Shown: positions 40,311 to 50,349, counted from the first letter of the stretch. The stretch is DNA of 64,000 nucleotides from Patescibacteria group bacterium (GCA_040384705.1 JAZKIU010000001.1:153907-217906); one strand, 5' to 3'. The notes: a model not told the origin generated them from the letters alone. Translations and numbers: made by a program.

Positions 40311-41739
40311 GCTACTGAACGAGCTTTCCATAATCGAAGCGGGGAAGAAGCTCCGCGCCAAGGAGATAACAGTACGCGAGCTGTGGGATGCGGTGGCGGC
40401 TGAAGCGGCTGCACGCAATCCGGAATTGAATGCATACCTCGAGCTCTTCGAGGCGGACGAGGAAGCGATAGCGTATGCGCAGAAGCGTATCGATGAAGAA
40501 GGGGATGCGGCACCGCTCCTGTGCGGCATCCCGCTCGCGATGAAGGACAACATCCTCATCGAGGGGCATATCGCGAGCGCGGCCTCGAAGATGCTTGCGA
40601 ATCATACGGCGACGTACGATGCGACCGTAACCCGGAAGCTCAAAGAAGCCGGTGCTCTCTTCGTAGGACGCACGAATATGGACGAGTTCGCCATGGGAAG
40701 CTCCACCGAGCATTCCGCCTTCGGGAAGGTACTGAATCCGCACGATACCGCTCGCGTGCCGGGTGGCTCTTCGGGCGGTTCGTCCGCTGCAGCTGCAGCC
40801 AATATGGCCCTTGCCGCGCTCGGTACCGATACCGGTGGCTCCATCCGCCAGCCAGCAGCGCACTGCGGGCTCGTCGGCATGAAGCCGACCTATGGCGCGG
40901 TCTCCCGAAGCGGCCTCATCGCGCTTGGAAGTTCGCTCGACCAGGCGGGGCCGCTCGCGCGCACCGTCGCTGATGCGAAAGCACTGTACGAGACCATTCG
41001 TGGGAAGGACCCGCTCGACGCGACGAGCATCGGGGACGATACCTATCCAAAGAAGGAAGTAGGGGAGAAGCTCCGTATCGGCGTGCCGATGCATCTCCTT
41101 TCAGAAGGAGTCGATGCTGACGTCCGTGCGCATTTCGATGCGACGCTCGATGCGCTCAGGGCTGCAGGCCACGAAGTGACTGAGGTCTCGCTCCCGACGA
41201 GCTCGTCCGCGCTCCCGGTCTACTACGTCATCATGCCGGCCGAAGCATCGACCAATCTCGCGCGCTTCGATGGTATACGGTACGGGCACGCCGCGCGCGG
41301 GAAGGACCTACTCCAGGATTACATACAGGCGCGTACCGAAGGGTTCGGTGCCGAGACCAAGCGCCGCATCCTGCTCGGGACGTTCGTGCTCTCCTCGGGC
41401 TACATCGATGCCTACTACCGCAAGGCAGATGCCGCTCGCCTCGTGCTTACGAACGAATACAATGCGGCGTTCGCGGACGTGGATGTCATTGCGTTCCCGA
41501 CGACGCCCTCGCCCGCGTTCAAGTTCGGCGAGAAGAGCGATCCGGTCTCCATGTATGTCGAGGATATCTTCACCGTGACCGCGAACCTGACCGGCATGCC
41601 CGCTATCTCTGTACCGATGGGAACGGTCGTGCGCGATGGGAGTACGCTCCCGACCGGCATCCATTTCACCGCGCCTCACGGAGCGGATGACCTTCTGTTC
41701 AGGATAGGTGCCGCGGTCACCGGCGAGACGCTATACTAA
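40303..41739 (+). CDS. gatA: Asp/Glu-tRNA amidotransferase subunit A
   Basis: KDN, NMDEFAMGSSTE, GGSSGGS, DTGGSIRQPA, RFDGIRYG. Confidence 0.97.
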   Translation: MSKLLNELSIIEAGKKLRAKEITVRELWDAVAAEAAARNPELNAYLELFEADEEAIAYAQKRIDEEGDAAPLLCGIPLAMKDNILIEGHIASAASKMLANHTATYDATVTRKLKEAGALFVGRTNMDEFAMGSSTEHSAFGKVLNPHDTARVPGGSSGGSSAAAAANMALAALGTDTGGSIRQPAAHCGLVGMKPTYGAVSRSGLIALGSSLDQAGPLARTVADAKALYETIRGKDPLDATSIGDDTYPKKEVGEKLRIGVPMHLLSEGVDADVRAHFDATLDALRAAGHEVTEVSLPTSSSALPVYYVIMPAEASTNLARFDGIRYGHAARGKDLLQDYIQARTEGFGAETKRRILLGTFVLSSGYIDAYYRKADAARLVLTNEYNAAFADVDVIAFPTTPSPAFKFGEKSDPVSMYVEDIFTVTANLTGMPAISVPMGTVVRDGSTLPTGIHFTAPHGADDLLFRIGAAVTGETLY

Positions 41740-41745
41740 GGACTA

Positions 41746-42342
41746 ATGGGAAGCGATTCCGATATCCATTTTCTCAACGTTTCTTACTTCTTCCGTCTTC
41801 TCTACGACCTTTTCACGGGGGGTCGTATCGGCGGAACTGGAGATGCCTGGGGCGACTTCGTCGCGTTCGCAGGCGCGCTGTGGGTGGTCGTGACCATCCT
41901 CTGCTTCTTTATATCGCTTGCAGCGCTCGCGGTGCTCATCCACTCCACTATCCGCATGCTCGAGACCAAGCGTCAGGAGGCACCGAAGTACGCGACGCAG
42001 CATCCTGCGGTCGTCGAGACCAGGCGTGACCATAATCGCTGGGCGCACGTCATGGAGCTTATCGAGAGCCCGCACGAGAACGATTGGCGGCAGGCCATAC
42101 TCGAGGCCGATATCATGCTCGATGACCTGCTTACGCAGCTGGGGTACCTCGGCACCTCGGTGGGGGAGAAGCTCAAGGCGGTTGATCCTGCGCACTTCAA
42201 GACCATTCGCGATGCCTGGGACGCGCATATGGTGCGTAACTCCATCGCGCACGAGGGGTCGGCGTACCAGCTGAACGACCATCTTGCATACCGGACGATA
42301 CACAAATACGAGGCGGTGATGCGCGAGCACGGCGAGATATAG
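41746..42342 (+). CDS. Conserved hypothetical membrane-anchored protein
   Basis: TM; WRQAILEAD..LD..L...G.SVGEKLK...AW.AH.VRN.IAH (RxxxxH HEPN-like motif). Confidence 0.8.
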   Translation: MGSDSDIHFLNVSYFFRLLYDLFTGGRIGGTGDAWGDFVAFAGALWVVVTILCFFISLAALAVLIHSTIRMLETKRQEAPKYATQHPAVVETRRDHNRWAHVMELIESPHENDWRQAILEADIMLDDLLTQLGYLGTSVGEKLKAVDPAHFKTIRDAWDAHMVRNSIAHEGSAYQLNDHLAYRTIHKYEAVMREHGEI

Positions 42343-42379
42343 TTGCGGCGAGGGTTTTTGTGGCGTATAACATAGATAT

Positions 42380-42450
42380 AGCGGGGTAGAGGAGAGGTAC
42401 CTCGGGAGGCTCATAACCTCCAGACGCCGGTTCGATTCCGGCCCCCGCAA
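42380..42450 (+). tRNA. Initiator tRNA-fMet(CAU)
   Basis: 1:72 mismatch (A:A), A11-U24, anticodon CAT. Confidence 0.9.
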
Positions 42451-42458
42451 CAAGCAAG

Positions 42459-42488
42459 GCAGAAAACCGCCCGAGGGCGGTTTTCTGC
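42459..42488. terminator. Bidirectional terminator
   Basis: GCAGAAAACCGCC-cgag-GGCGGTTTTCTGC. Confidence 0.8.
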
Positions 42489-42949
42489 TATACCATCATC
42501 TCGCTTCCTGATTCCTTAAACTCCATCATCGCATCGCCCATGGCGGCAAGCTCCTCTTCAGGCAGCTCTTTCTCCGCCTTCGGAAGTAGTTCGCTTTCCT
42601 CCTCTTCGACGTGGTGCCGTATCTGCTCCATGAGCACCTTCACGTTGGCATCGAACTCCGGTTGCTCGGGGTCGAGCGTCTTCAGTTCCTCGAGGATGTT
42701 CTTCGCGCCCTGATGCTCGACGTATGCTTCCTCGACCATCTTGTCGTCCTCCTTATTGAACGCTTCCTGGAAGGCAGGGTAGCAGAGGGTCTCTTCCATC
42801 TCTGCGTGGAGGGTGAGCTCCTCGATTATCTGATCGACGAGCGTGCGCTTCGTGGCGACTGCGCCATCACCGAGGCCTTCGTACTCCTGGAAGAGCTCCT
42901 CTACGGTCGCATGGTCCGCTTTTATTATCTCTATGGGATTATTCGTCAT
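42488..42949 (-). CDS. Hemerythrin HHE domain protein
   Basis: DH..VEELF, HAEMEE...YP, EH, HHVEEEE. Confidence 0.9.
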   Translation of the reverse strand: MTNNPIEIIKADHATVEELFQEYEGLGDGAVATKRTLVDQIIEELTLHAEMEETLCYPAFQEAFNKEDDKMVEEAYVEHQGAKNILEELKTLDPEQPEFDANVKVLMEQIRHHVEEEESELLPKAEKELPEEELAAMGDAMMEFKESGSEMMV

Positions 42950-43067
42950 GGCATCGGTTCTTATGGATGCGGGTAAGACCCCACCGTATAGGCGGCGGGG
43001 TGAATGGAGCATGAACTACAGCGATGCGGACACACTCTTTCCCGTTGCGGTACAATATTTCGGTCAT

Positions 43068-44036
43068 ATGTCCCTCGTATCCCACCTCCTCGTATTCGTG
43101 CTCTCGATAGGCGTCGTCTGGTTCTTCGCCGGCATACTTATCGACTCGGTGAGCAATATAGCCAAACGGCTCAATCGCAGCGGCTTCGGCACCGCGTTCT
43201 TCGTACTGGGCTTCCTCACCTCCATCAGCGAGATATCGGTCGCGACCAACGCCGGTCTTGCGGGCGTGCCAGGCGTGTCCGCTGGCAATCTCGTTGGCGC
43301 CTCGTTCGTCATACTCCTCTTCATCGTCCCGTTCCTCGCGGTCGCAGGGAAAGGTATCTCGCTCAAAGGGCTCGTATCGAAGGAGACGCTTGCGTTCGCG
43401 CTCATGGTCATTCTCCTGCCTGCGCTCCTGCTCGCGGACGGAAGGGTAACGATGCTTGAGGGCGGGTTCGCGGTCCTTGCATACCTCGCGCTTGCGTATG
43501 CGATTCGGTTCCGTCCGGAAGCGTCCCAGTCCGAGATGCTCGTACCGGCGAGCGTGGGAGGGAAGCGCGCGCTATTCATCGATATCGGAAAGATACTCGT
43601 AGGAGCTATCGCGATATTCGGGGCCGCGCACTTCCTCGTCGAGCAGTCAGTGCTCTTCGCGAGCTACCTGAACGTGCCCGCTTCGCTCATCGGGCTCATC
43701 CTGCTCTCGGTGGGTACGAATATCCCCGAGATAGTCATCGCGGTGCGCGCCGTGCTCGAGAAGCGGAAAGACATCGCCTTCGGGGATTACCTTGGGTCGG
43801 CCGCAGCCAACGTACCTATCTTCGGCATGCTCGCGCTCCTATCGGGCGGGTTCGTCGTCGAGGCGAGCGAGTTCGTCGCGTCCGCGCTCCTCATGTTCGT
43901 CGGGTTCGTCTTCTTCTACTTCTTCGCTCGCTCCCATTCCGTCCTCTCGCGCAAGGAAGGGATTATCCTCCTCCTCTTCTATGCCGGCTTCCTCGCTATC
44001 CAGTTCGTGAACCTTGCCCGCTTCGTCGCCGATTAG
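43068..44036 (+). CDS. Sodium:calcium antiporter (CaCA)
   Basis: Alpha repeats GFLTSISE and GTNIPE; about 10 TM segments. Confidence 0.9.
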   Translation: MSLVSHLLVFVLSIGVVWFFAGILIDSVSNIAKRLNRSGFGTAFFVLGFLTSISEISVATNAGLAGVPGVSAGNLVGASFVILLFIVPFLAVAGKGISLKGLVSKETLAFALMVILLPALLLADGRVTMLEGGFAVLAYLALAYAIRFRPEASQSEMLVPASVGGKRALFIDIGKILVGAIAIFGAAHFLVEQSVLFASYLNVPASLIGLILLSVGTNIPEIVIAVRAVLEKRKDIAFGDYLGSAAANVPIFGMLALLSGGFVVEASEFVASALLMFVGFVFFYFFARSHSVLSRKEGIILLLFYAGFLAIQFVNLARFVAD

Positions 44037-45194
44037 GGCGGGTAGGTATACGTGGACCGTGGTCCCGGCACCGAGCTCGCTCTCGATATCCATATGCCCA
44101 TGGTGCTTCTCTACGATGCGTTTGGTTATGGATAGGCCGAGCCCGCTCCCAAGTACCGTGAGCGGCACGTTCTTCCCACGATAGAAGCGGTCGAACACCC
44201 GGGAGAGCTCCGTAGGCGCTATACCTATCCCTGAATCACGAACAATGAGGTGTATTCCATCCGTGCTTTGGGTAAGGGTAATCTCGACACGTCTGTCCGC
44301 GCCCTCTCGCATGTACTTGAGCGAGTTATTCGCGATGTTAAGGACGGCTTGCCGTAGGTGTTTCTCATCACCGTATACCTCGACTCCTGGTGGTATGTCG
44401 CTCTCGATGTGTACGCCTTCCGATGCGCTGATGATACGAAGTTCCTCGATTATGTCGCTCAGGAGCACCGATATATCGAACAGGGCATGCGCTCTTGGTT
44501 TCTCGCCGTCGAGCCGCGCGAGAGCGAGAAGATCATGGATGAAGCCCGATAGCTCGTTAAGGGCGAGCTCGAGCGCTTCCGCTTCCTGGTGCTGTGACTT
44601 CAGCTGCTCGAGCTTCGCGCGGAAGACGGTGAGCGGGGTCTGGAGGTTATGCGAGAGGTCGATTATCATCCTTCGCTCATGCGCCTGCGCCCGGCGCAGC
44701 TCCTGCGTACGCTTGGCGACGATATGCTCGAGCTCATTCGCATGCTCCTTCGTCTTCGTATAGAGGTGGGCGCGATGGAAGGCGGTGGCAGCCTGGTACG
44801 CGAATGTCTTCAGGAGCTTGAGGTCGTTCTCGCTGTACGGCTTCCCGGACAGCCGCTTCTCGAACGATATGGTGCCGATGGTGTGCGTACCGATGGCGAT
44901 AGGTATCGCCACGATGTGCTCGGTGGCGAGCGCATCGAAGTCAGGGGTATCGATGCCACGCTCTTCCGAGAAGCGGATAGTGACCGATTCGGCCTTGAGT
45001 ATCTTGGCGAGGCTCTTCTCCGACTCGCGCACGAGGTCGGTGAGCTCTAGGTTCGTATAGAGTATCTCGCTGAGCGAATGCAAGGCCTCGGCGTGGTCAT
45101 AGCCATCGTTCTGGACGATGGAATGCAGGCTCGTCCACCAGGAACGAACGAGAGCATGGATACCGAGTGCGATCGGCCTTTCAGGTGACTCCAT
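43839..45194 (-). CDS. Sensor histidine kinase (GAF-HisKA-HATPase)
   Basis: SHNLQTPL, NIANNSLKY, DSGIGI, FDRFYR, GSGLGL; 3' end uncertain because it overlaps the antiporter. Confidence 0.88.
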   Translation of the reverse strand: MESPERPIALGIHALVRSWWTSLHSIVQNDGYDHAEALHSLSEILYTNLELTDLVRESEKSLAKILKAESVTIRFSEERGIDTPDFDALATEHIVAIPIAIGTHTIGTISFEKRLSGKPYSENDLKLLKTFAYQAATAFHRAHLYTKTKEHANELEHIVAKRTQELRRAQAHERRMIIDLSHNLQTPLTVFRAKLEQLKSQHQEAEALELALNELSGFIHDLLALARLDGEKPRAHALFDISVLLSDIIEELRIISASEGVHIESDIPPGVEVYGDEKHLRQAVLNIANNSLKYMREGADRRVEITLTQSTDGIHLIVRDSGIGIAPTELSRVFDRFYRGKNVPLTVLGSGLGLSITKRIVEKHHGHMDIESELGAGTTVHVYLPALIGDEAGKVHELDSEEAGIEEEEDNPFLAREDGMGASEEVEEDEPDEHEERGRDELARLDDEPAR

Positions 45195-45288
45195 CAGCTG
45201 ATTCCTTAACTAATCACGCAGTAGTTCATTGGTTACTATGATACGAAAGCGAAGATAAAATTTTCCTGGAGAAAAGATAAAGGAATCT

Positions 45289-45957
45289 TTAGGTGCCCAT
45301 GCGATATCCTCGTCCCGAGACCGTCTGGATAAGGCTATCCCTACCTCGGTCGCCCATCTTCCTTCGAAGCGAGAGGATATGGGATTCGATGGTATTGGAG
45401 AAGATATCGACCTCCATGTCCCATACATGCTCGAGTATCATGCCGCGGGACAGCACGATGCCGGCGTTCTTCATGAGATAGCGCAGGAGCATATACTCTT
45501 TGCGGGTTAGATGGACGGCGTTCTCGCCTTTGTGCACAAGACCGGACCGGGTATCAAGCACGATGTCCTCTATCTGGAGCACATCGCCCTCGAGCGCTTG
45601 CGGACGGCGAAGCAGCGCTCGGACGCGGGCCATAAGCTCCTCGAGCGCGAAGGGCTTTGCGAGATAGTCGTCAGCGCCCGCATCGAGCAGGTCCACCTTG
45701 TCGAGCGTATGGCTCCGGACCGATACGATGAGTATGGGCATGGTTCGGCCTGCGGCACGGACCTCCCGGCACACCTGCGCGCCCTCTTTCTTAGGAAGCA
45801 TATTGTCGAGGACTATGAGGTCGTAGTCGTTCGTGCGGGCGTAGTAGGAACCGCGCTCGCCATCGCTCGCTACATCAACGGCGAAATATTGCGCCTCGAA
45901 GGATTCCTTGAGGAGTTCCGCTATCTGCTGCTCATCTTCGACGACAAGAACTCTCAT
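45289..45957 (-). CDS. OmpR-family response regulator
   Basis: MRVLVVEDE, LD.MLP, GADDYLAKPF, LTRKEY, TVSGRGY. Confidence 0.95.
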   Translation of the reverse strand: MRVLVVEDEQQIAELLKESFEAQYFAVDVASDGERGSYYARTNDYDLIVLDNMLPKKEGAQVCREVRAAGRTMPILIVSVRSHTLDKVDLLDAGADDYLAKPFALEELMARVRALLRRPQALEGDVLQIEDIVLDTRSGLVHKGENAVHLTRKEYMLLRYLMKNAGIVLSRGMILEHVWDMEVDIFSNTIESHILSLRRKMGDRGRDSLIQTVSGRGYRMGT

Positions 45958-46086
45958 GAGGCTAGTTGAGTGGATTGTAGCGCGCTCGTTTACGCGAAAG
46001 GGAAGTACGGGCCTGGAAGTGGGCATAACGGAACAATCCTCGGTAGATTGAAGGGAAGGGCGTAAGAGTGTAATGTGCTTCATATT

Positions 46087-46160
46087 GCTGGTGTAGCTCA
46101 GGTAGTTAGAGCATAGGACTCATAAACCTAAGGTCGGAGGTGCAAGTCCTCCCACCAGCA
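46087..46160 (+). tRNA. tRNA-Met(CAU), elongator
   Basis: GCTGGTG/CACCAGC paired acceptor; anticodon CAT; T-loop TGCAAGT. Confidence 0.85.
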
Positions 46161-46269
46161 CAATTCTTCAGGAAATTCTTATTCTCTCTCGAGGAATATT
46201 TGGAGTCATTTCTGGCATCCTTGGGCCCATAAGATAGCCTTGCGCTGTATGGGTTTATGTATAATACTG

Positions 46270-46343
46270 CTCAAGTCCCCGATTTATGCCTGCCGCGTAA
46301 GCGGCAGAAATTGGAACAAGCGATCCAGGTCCTCGGACTTGAG
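46270..46343 (+). ncRNA. Structured leader or small RNA upstream of tRNA-Asp
   Basis: Nested stems CTCAAGTCC/GGACTTGAG, CCGATTT/AAATTGG, CTGCCGC-GTAA-GCGGCAG just after TATAAT. Confidence 0.4.
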
Positions 46344-46351
46344 AAGCAAAT

Positions 46352-46425
46352 GCGGCTGTAGCTCAGCTGGTTAGAGCGATCGCCTGTCACGCGATAGGTC
46401 GCCGGTTCGAGTCCGGTCAGCCGCG
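46352..46425 (+). tRNA. tRNA-Asp(GUC)
   Basis: GCGGCTG/CAGCCGC acceptor, anticodon GTC, discriminator G. Confidence 0.95.
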
Positions 46426-46485
46426 CATTCCATAAAACCACCCATCCGGGTGGTTTTATGTTTTGTAGAAGATATACTTGGGATA

Positions 46486-49400
46486 ATGAAATTGCACCTT
46501 TCGATTCTATTCGCGCTCACGCTTTTCTGCACGCCTATGGTGCATGCAGAGTTTTCCTCAACATCTATTACAGATGACATTCTTATACCTGATGCGGTGT
46601 TCTCGATAATCGGTACGGATACGCGACTATTCTTGGGTGGAGATTTCGAACGAATATTCACGCCGGAGTATCCAGCAACCATCACTGAAGGTCTTCTGCT
46701 ATCGGCCACGACGAGTCTACCGGTACCGGATAACGCATCTGTCGGCGGAGAACCGGGATCTTACATTCGTGCGGCAGTGTATGACGGGGAAGGCGGGTAT
46801 TACATCGGAGGTGACCTAGATGAGGTCGGCGGCCTCGCCCGCACCGGAGTGGCCCATATCCTACCGGACGGTTCCGTGGATCCTGATTTCGCACCCACGA
46901 GTGACGGGGATATTTACAGCCTTGCGTTATCGCCGGACGGCTCTGTGCTCTATGTAGGAGGTTCTTTTACGACCATGGCAGGAACCTCGCAAGTGGCGCT
47001 CGCTGCTGTAGACGTAGACGATGGTACGATCGTGGCTGCGTTCGACCCGTTGATAGAGGGAGGATCACCTCCATCTGTCACATCGATTGCGATTTCTCCG
47101 GACGGTACGGTGCTCTATGCAGGCGGCCCATTCAATTCGGTGAACGCCACATCATATCCGAACGGATTCGCGGCTGTCTCGACGAGCAACGGCTCGCTTG
47201 CCGCTCCACTCGATACCAGTGATTTGTTGAGCAGTCCCGGTTCAATACTCGCTTCCCCAGATGACGAGTTTCTCTATCTTACGGGCATCTTTACGTTCGG
47301 AGGGCGCCTAGGAAAGATGGATACGACGACCGGCTCCTCAACGGAATATAGCGTGCCAGCAGGATTCTTCGACGATGGCATAGGAGCCGCAGGCTTATCC
47401 CAAGACGGGTCCATCCTCTATGTCAGTAATTACATCAACACGGGTCCGCGAATTCAGGTACTTGCGTTAGCTACATCCGATGGCACATCGCATATCCTCG
47501 CAGCTGAGGCGAATCACATCATAAGGAGCATCACGACTTCTGCAGACGGAGATACGGTCTACATAGGAGGAATATTCTCATCAGTAGATGGTGAGGTCCG
47601 TCGTGGTATCGCGGCACTCGACGCGTCCACAGGAGAATTGGAGCAATTCGATGCGGGTCTGTATAGGGGGAGCGATGTATACGCCATCGCAGCCTCGGCG
47701 GACAGCGATCACTTGTATGTAGGTGGCAGCCTCCCGACACTCGGCGGGATTGCTCGCGGCAAGATGGCCGCGTTCGATATCGGCGATCTTGATATCGACG
47801 CCTCGTTCACTCCTGAGGTAGACGACACGATAAGTGCCGGGGTGCTTTCGTCCGACGGCACGACGCTCTACATCGGAGGGTATTTCACTTCGGTCGACGG
47901 TACGCCGCGCGCCGGGCTCGCTGCCATCGATACGAGCGACGGTTCGCTTATATCCGCGTTCGATTCGAGCATCGATGATGGGGAGGAAGTGCTCAATCTC
48001 GCGCTCTCGCCCGACGATTCCGTTCTGTATGTCGCAGGAAAGTTCACGTCGGTAGGCGGTAGCGACCGCAACCGTATCGCGGCGCTCGATACGAGCGACG
48101 GCAGTCTCATCAGCGCCTTCGATCCCGATGCGAACGGAACGGTCGCTACGCTCGCACTCTCCAGTGATGGGAATACGTTGTATCTCGGAGGTGATTTCAC
48201 CACCATAGGTGCAACGACACGCAATCGCCTCGCTGCAGTGAATACGAGCAACGGGGCACTTGTCTCAGGCTTCAACCCGAACGTTACCCACCCGAGTGGC
48301 GGGGGAGGAGGAGGGAACGCTGGCGTGCGCGCTCTGGCGCTTTCGTCCGATGGTTCCAAACTGTATGTGGGCGGAGGATTCACTAAGATAGGAGGGGTAA
48401 CGCGCAATCGTCTCGGTCTCGTGAGCACGAGCGACGGGGCGCTCGATGCGACATTCAATCCGAATGCCGACAGTCTCGTGCGCGAGATGGTCCTTTCGCC
48501 CGATGGAAGCAGTCTTTATGCGACCGGACAGTTCACGGAGATAGGAGGGGAATCCATCATGGGGCTCGCTTCGCTCGATGCGGTGACGGGAGTGGCAGAC
48601 GGCGACTTCTCGCAGGACCTTATCAATGCAGGTGTGGCCATAGCGATAACCCCGGACGCAACGAAGCTTTTCGTAAGCAACGGGTACAATGCGGCGACCT
48701 TCGATAACTACTTCATCGGGTTCGCCGATGGCGATGTAACCCCTGACCCGGATACCGCACCGACCGTAGCGAGCGCCGCCGCTTCCGGGCTCACGACTAC
48801 CGGCGCGACTCTGAACGGCTCCATAAGCGCGACGGGAGGCGACAATGCGACGACTCGCGGATTCGTGCATGGGACTACGATCAGCTATGGCGCCACTACG
48901 ACCGAATCTGGCTCGTTCTCGACCGGTTCCTACTCAAGCGCGCTCTCATCCCTTACGTGCGCCACCGAGTACCATTTCAAAGCCTATGCAACGAATGGGG
49001 TGGGTACGGGCTACGGAAGCGACCTGACCTTCAACACGAGCGCGTGCGACGTTCCGGAAGATGATGAGGACGAGGATAGCGGAGGTGGGGGAGGAGGCGG
49101 TTCTTCACATCGTCCATCTCCTTCCGCTTCTGCTCCTCCTTCTGGGACGTCTGCGGCAGTCACTGAGTCGGTTAGGAAACTTATCGAGGATAACCGATCG
49201 CTCCTCTTGGAAGCGCTCAAGGCAGGTATCCAGCTCCCTCCAGCTCTCCTGGCGCTACTCGGGGGTAGTGTGCCCCAAGCGCCATCTCCCGTTCGTGATC
49301 TCGAGCTCGGCTCACAGGGTGAGGACGTACGAGCACTCCAAAAGTATCTCAACACGCACGGTTTCCCTGTCGCCGGGACTGGCGCAGGCTCATCAGGCAA

Positions 49401-49521
49401 TGAGACAACATACTTCGGGAACGCGACCCGCGCAGCGCTCATCCTTTTCCAGAAAGCGAAGGGCATTACTCCTGCCGTGGGCTACTTCGGGCCGAAGACC
49501 AGGAGCGTTATCGCATTCTAA
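46486..49521 (+). CDS. Large secreted beta-propeller repeat protein with Fn3-like and peptidoglycan-binding domains
   Basis: Signal peptide; many SPDG..LY.GG.F repeats; C-terminal DVRALQKYLN...YFG.ATRAAL..FQ. Confidence 0.88.
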   Translation: MKLHLSILFALTLFCTPMVHAEFSSTSITDDILIPDAVFSIIGTDTRLFLGGDFERIFTPEYPATITEGLLLSATTSLPVPDNASVGGEPGSYIRAAVYDGEGGYYIGGDLDEVGGLARTGVAHILPDGSVDPDFAPTSDGDIYSLALSPDGSVLYVGGSFTTMAGTSQVALAAVDVDDGTIVAAFDPLIEGGSPPSVTSIAISPDGTVLYAGGPFNSVNATSYPNGFAAVSTSNGSLAAPLDTSDLLSSPGSILASPDDEFLYLTGIFTFGGRLGKMDTTTGSSTEYSVPAGFFDDGIGAAGLSQDGSILYVSNYINTGPRIQVLALATSDGTSHILAAEANHIIRSITTSADGDTVYIGGIFSSVDGEVRRGIAALDASTGELEQFDAGLYRGSDVYAIAASADSDHLYVGGSLPTLGGIARGKMAAFDIGDLDIDASFTPEVDDTISAGVLSSDGTTLYIGGYFTSVDGTPRAGLAAIDTSDGSLISAFDSSIDDGEEVLNLALSPDDSVLYVAGKFTSVGGSDRNRIAALDTSDGSLISAFDPDANGTVATLALSSDGNTLYLGGDFTTIGATTRNRLAAVNTSNGALVSGFNPNVTHPSGGGGGGNAGVRALALSSDGSKLYVGGGFTKIGGVTRNRLGLVSTSDGALDATFNPNADSLVREMVLSPDGSSLYATGQFTEIGGESIMGLASLDAVTGVADGDFSQDLINAGVAIAITPDATKLFVSNGYNAATFDNYFIGFADGDVTPDPDTAPTVASAAASGLTTTGATLNGSISATGGDNATTRGFVHGTTISYGATTTESGSFSTGSYSSALSSLTCATEYHFKAYATNGVGTGYGSDLTFNTSACDVPEDDEDEDSGGGGGGGSSHRPSPSASAPPSGTSAAVTESVRKLIEDNRSLLLEALKAGIQLPPALLALLGGSVPQAPSPVRDLELGSQGEDVRALQKYLNTHGFPVAGTGAGSSGNETTYFGNATRAALILFQKAKGITPAVGYFGPKTRSVIAF

Positions 49522-49524
49522 GTG

Positions 49525-50253
49525 TCACTTAATCTCTGTCTCCGCTACGAGCGGCAAATGGTCCGAGAAAGGTGGTGCGTTAGGTATCGAAGCTGCCGGA
49601 GCTTGGAAATGATCTGATAGGAAAAGCACGGAGAGCGAATGGACCGGTTTCCATGAGGGGAAGGTGGGGAGCGCCACGATATGCGCGAACCCCGCAGTCT
49701 TTAATATCTCAAAGGCCTCGTGGTCACGTTCGTTGAAGTCCCCGCCGAGTATGACGGGCTCATTGCGCTCCGTAATGATGCGATGGATATCCTGTATCTG
49801 CTTCGCTCGCGCGATGTTTCGTATACCGAGGTGCGCCACGAATACGTGGACCCGTTGTCCCTCCATCTGGACGATAACCTCTCCCATAACGCGGGGGATG
49901 GTGCCGATGGAAAGAGGATGCGTCTCCGTATGGGCTATGGGATACCGAGAGAGGATGGTGTTGCCTTCGACCACGAGCGGAGCGATGGTGCGGGTCGGGA
50001 AGAACCGGGTATGCGGAAGGCCGGAGTACTCACTCAGTGCCTCGCTTTGGGGAAGGAAGCCAGAACGGAGCCCGCGCTCATCTACCTCGGTGATAAGTGC
50101 GATGTCGATGTTCTCGCTTGCGATAAGCGCTCCCGCCTCGCGGACGTACTTAGCCCCATGCGGGAGGACGTATTTCCATCCTGAGGTGATGTACTGGCCA
50201 TATCCCTTGGTGATACCGATGCCGGACTGGAGGTTTATCACGGCTATACGCAT
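49525..50253 (-). CDS. Endonuclease/exonuclease/phosphatase family protein
   Basis: N..., DIALITEVD, GNTILSRYP, HLG, GGDFN, SDHLP. Confidence 0.9.
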   Translation of the reverse strand: MRIAVINLQSGIGITKGYGQYITSGWKYVLPHGAKYVREAGALIASENIDIALITEVDERGLRSGFLPQSEALSEYSGLPHTRFFPTRTIAPLVVEGNTILSRYPIAHTETHPLSIGTIPRVMGEVIVQMEGQRVHVFVAHLGIRNIARAKQIQDIHRIITERNEPVILGGDFNERDHEAFEILKTAGFAHIVALPTFPSWKPVHSLSVLFLSDHFQAPAASIPNAPPFSDHLPLVAETEIK

Positions 50254-50349
50254 GCTGGTTGAGTATACGGGGGCGTGGTGGGGGAACGGTGAAGTTTGAA
50301 AAAGTAGCGGAAATGCCGTAGTCTGCGAAGGTCGCCTTCGGGCGACATC

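Noticed and set aside
40020-41739. Missing gatB as evidence of a broken amidotransferase
   Set aside because: gatB is often encoded elsewhere; absence from this window is uninformative.
46087-46160. Assignment as lysidine tRNA-Ile2(CAU)
   Set aside because: A UAU Ile tRNA is present and an elongator Met is required; Ile2 identity cannot be fully excluded without covariance models.
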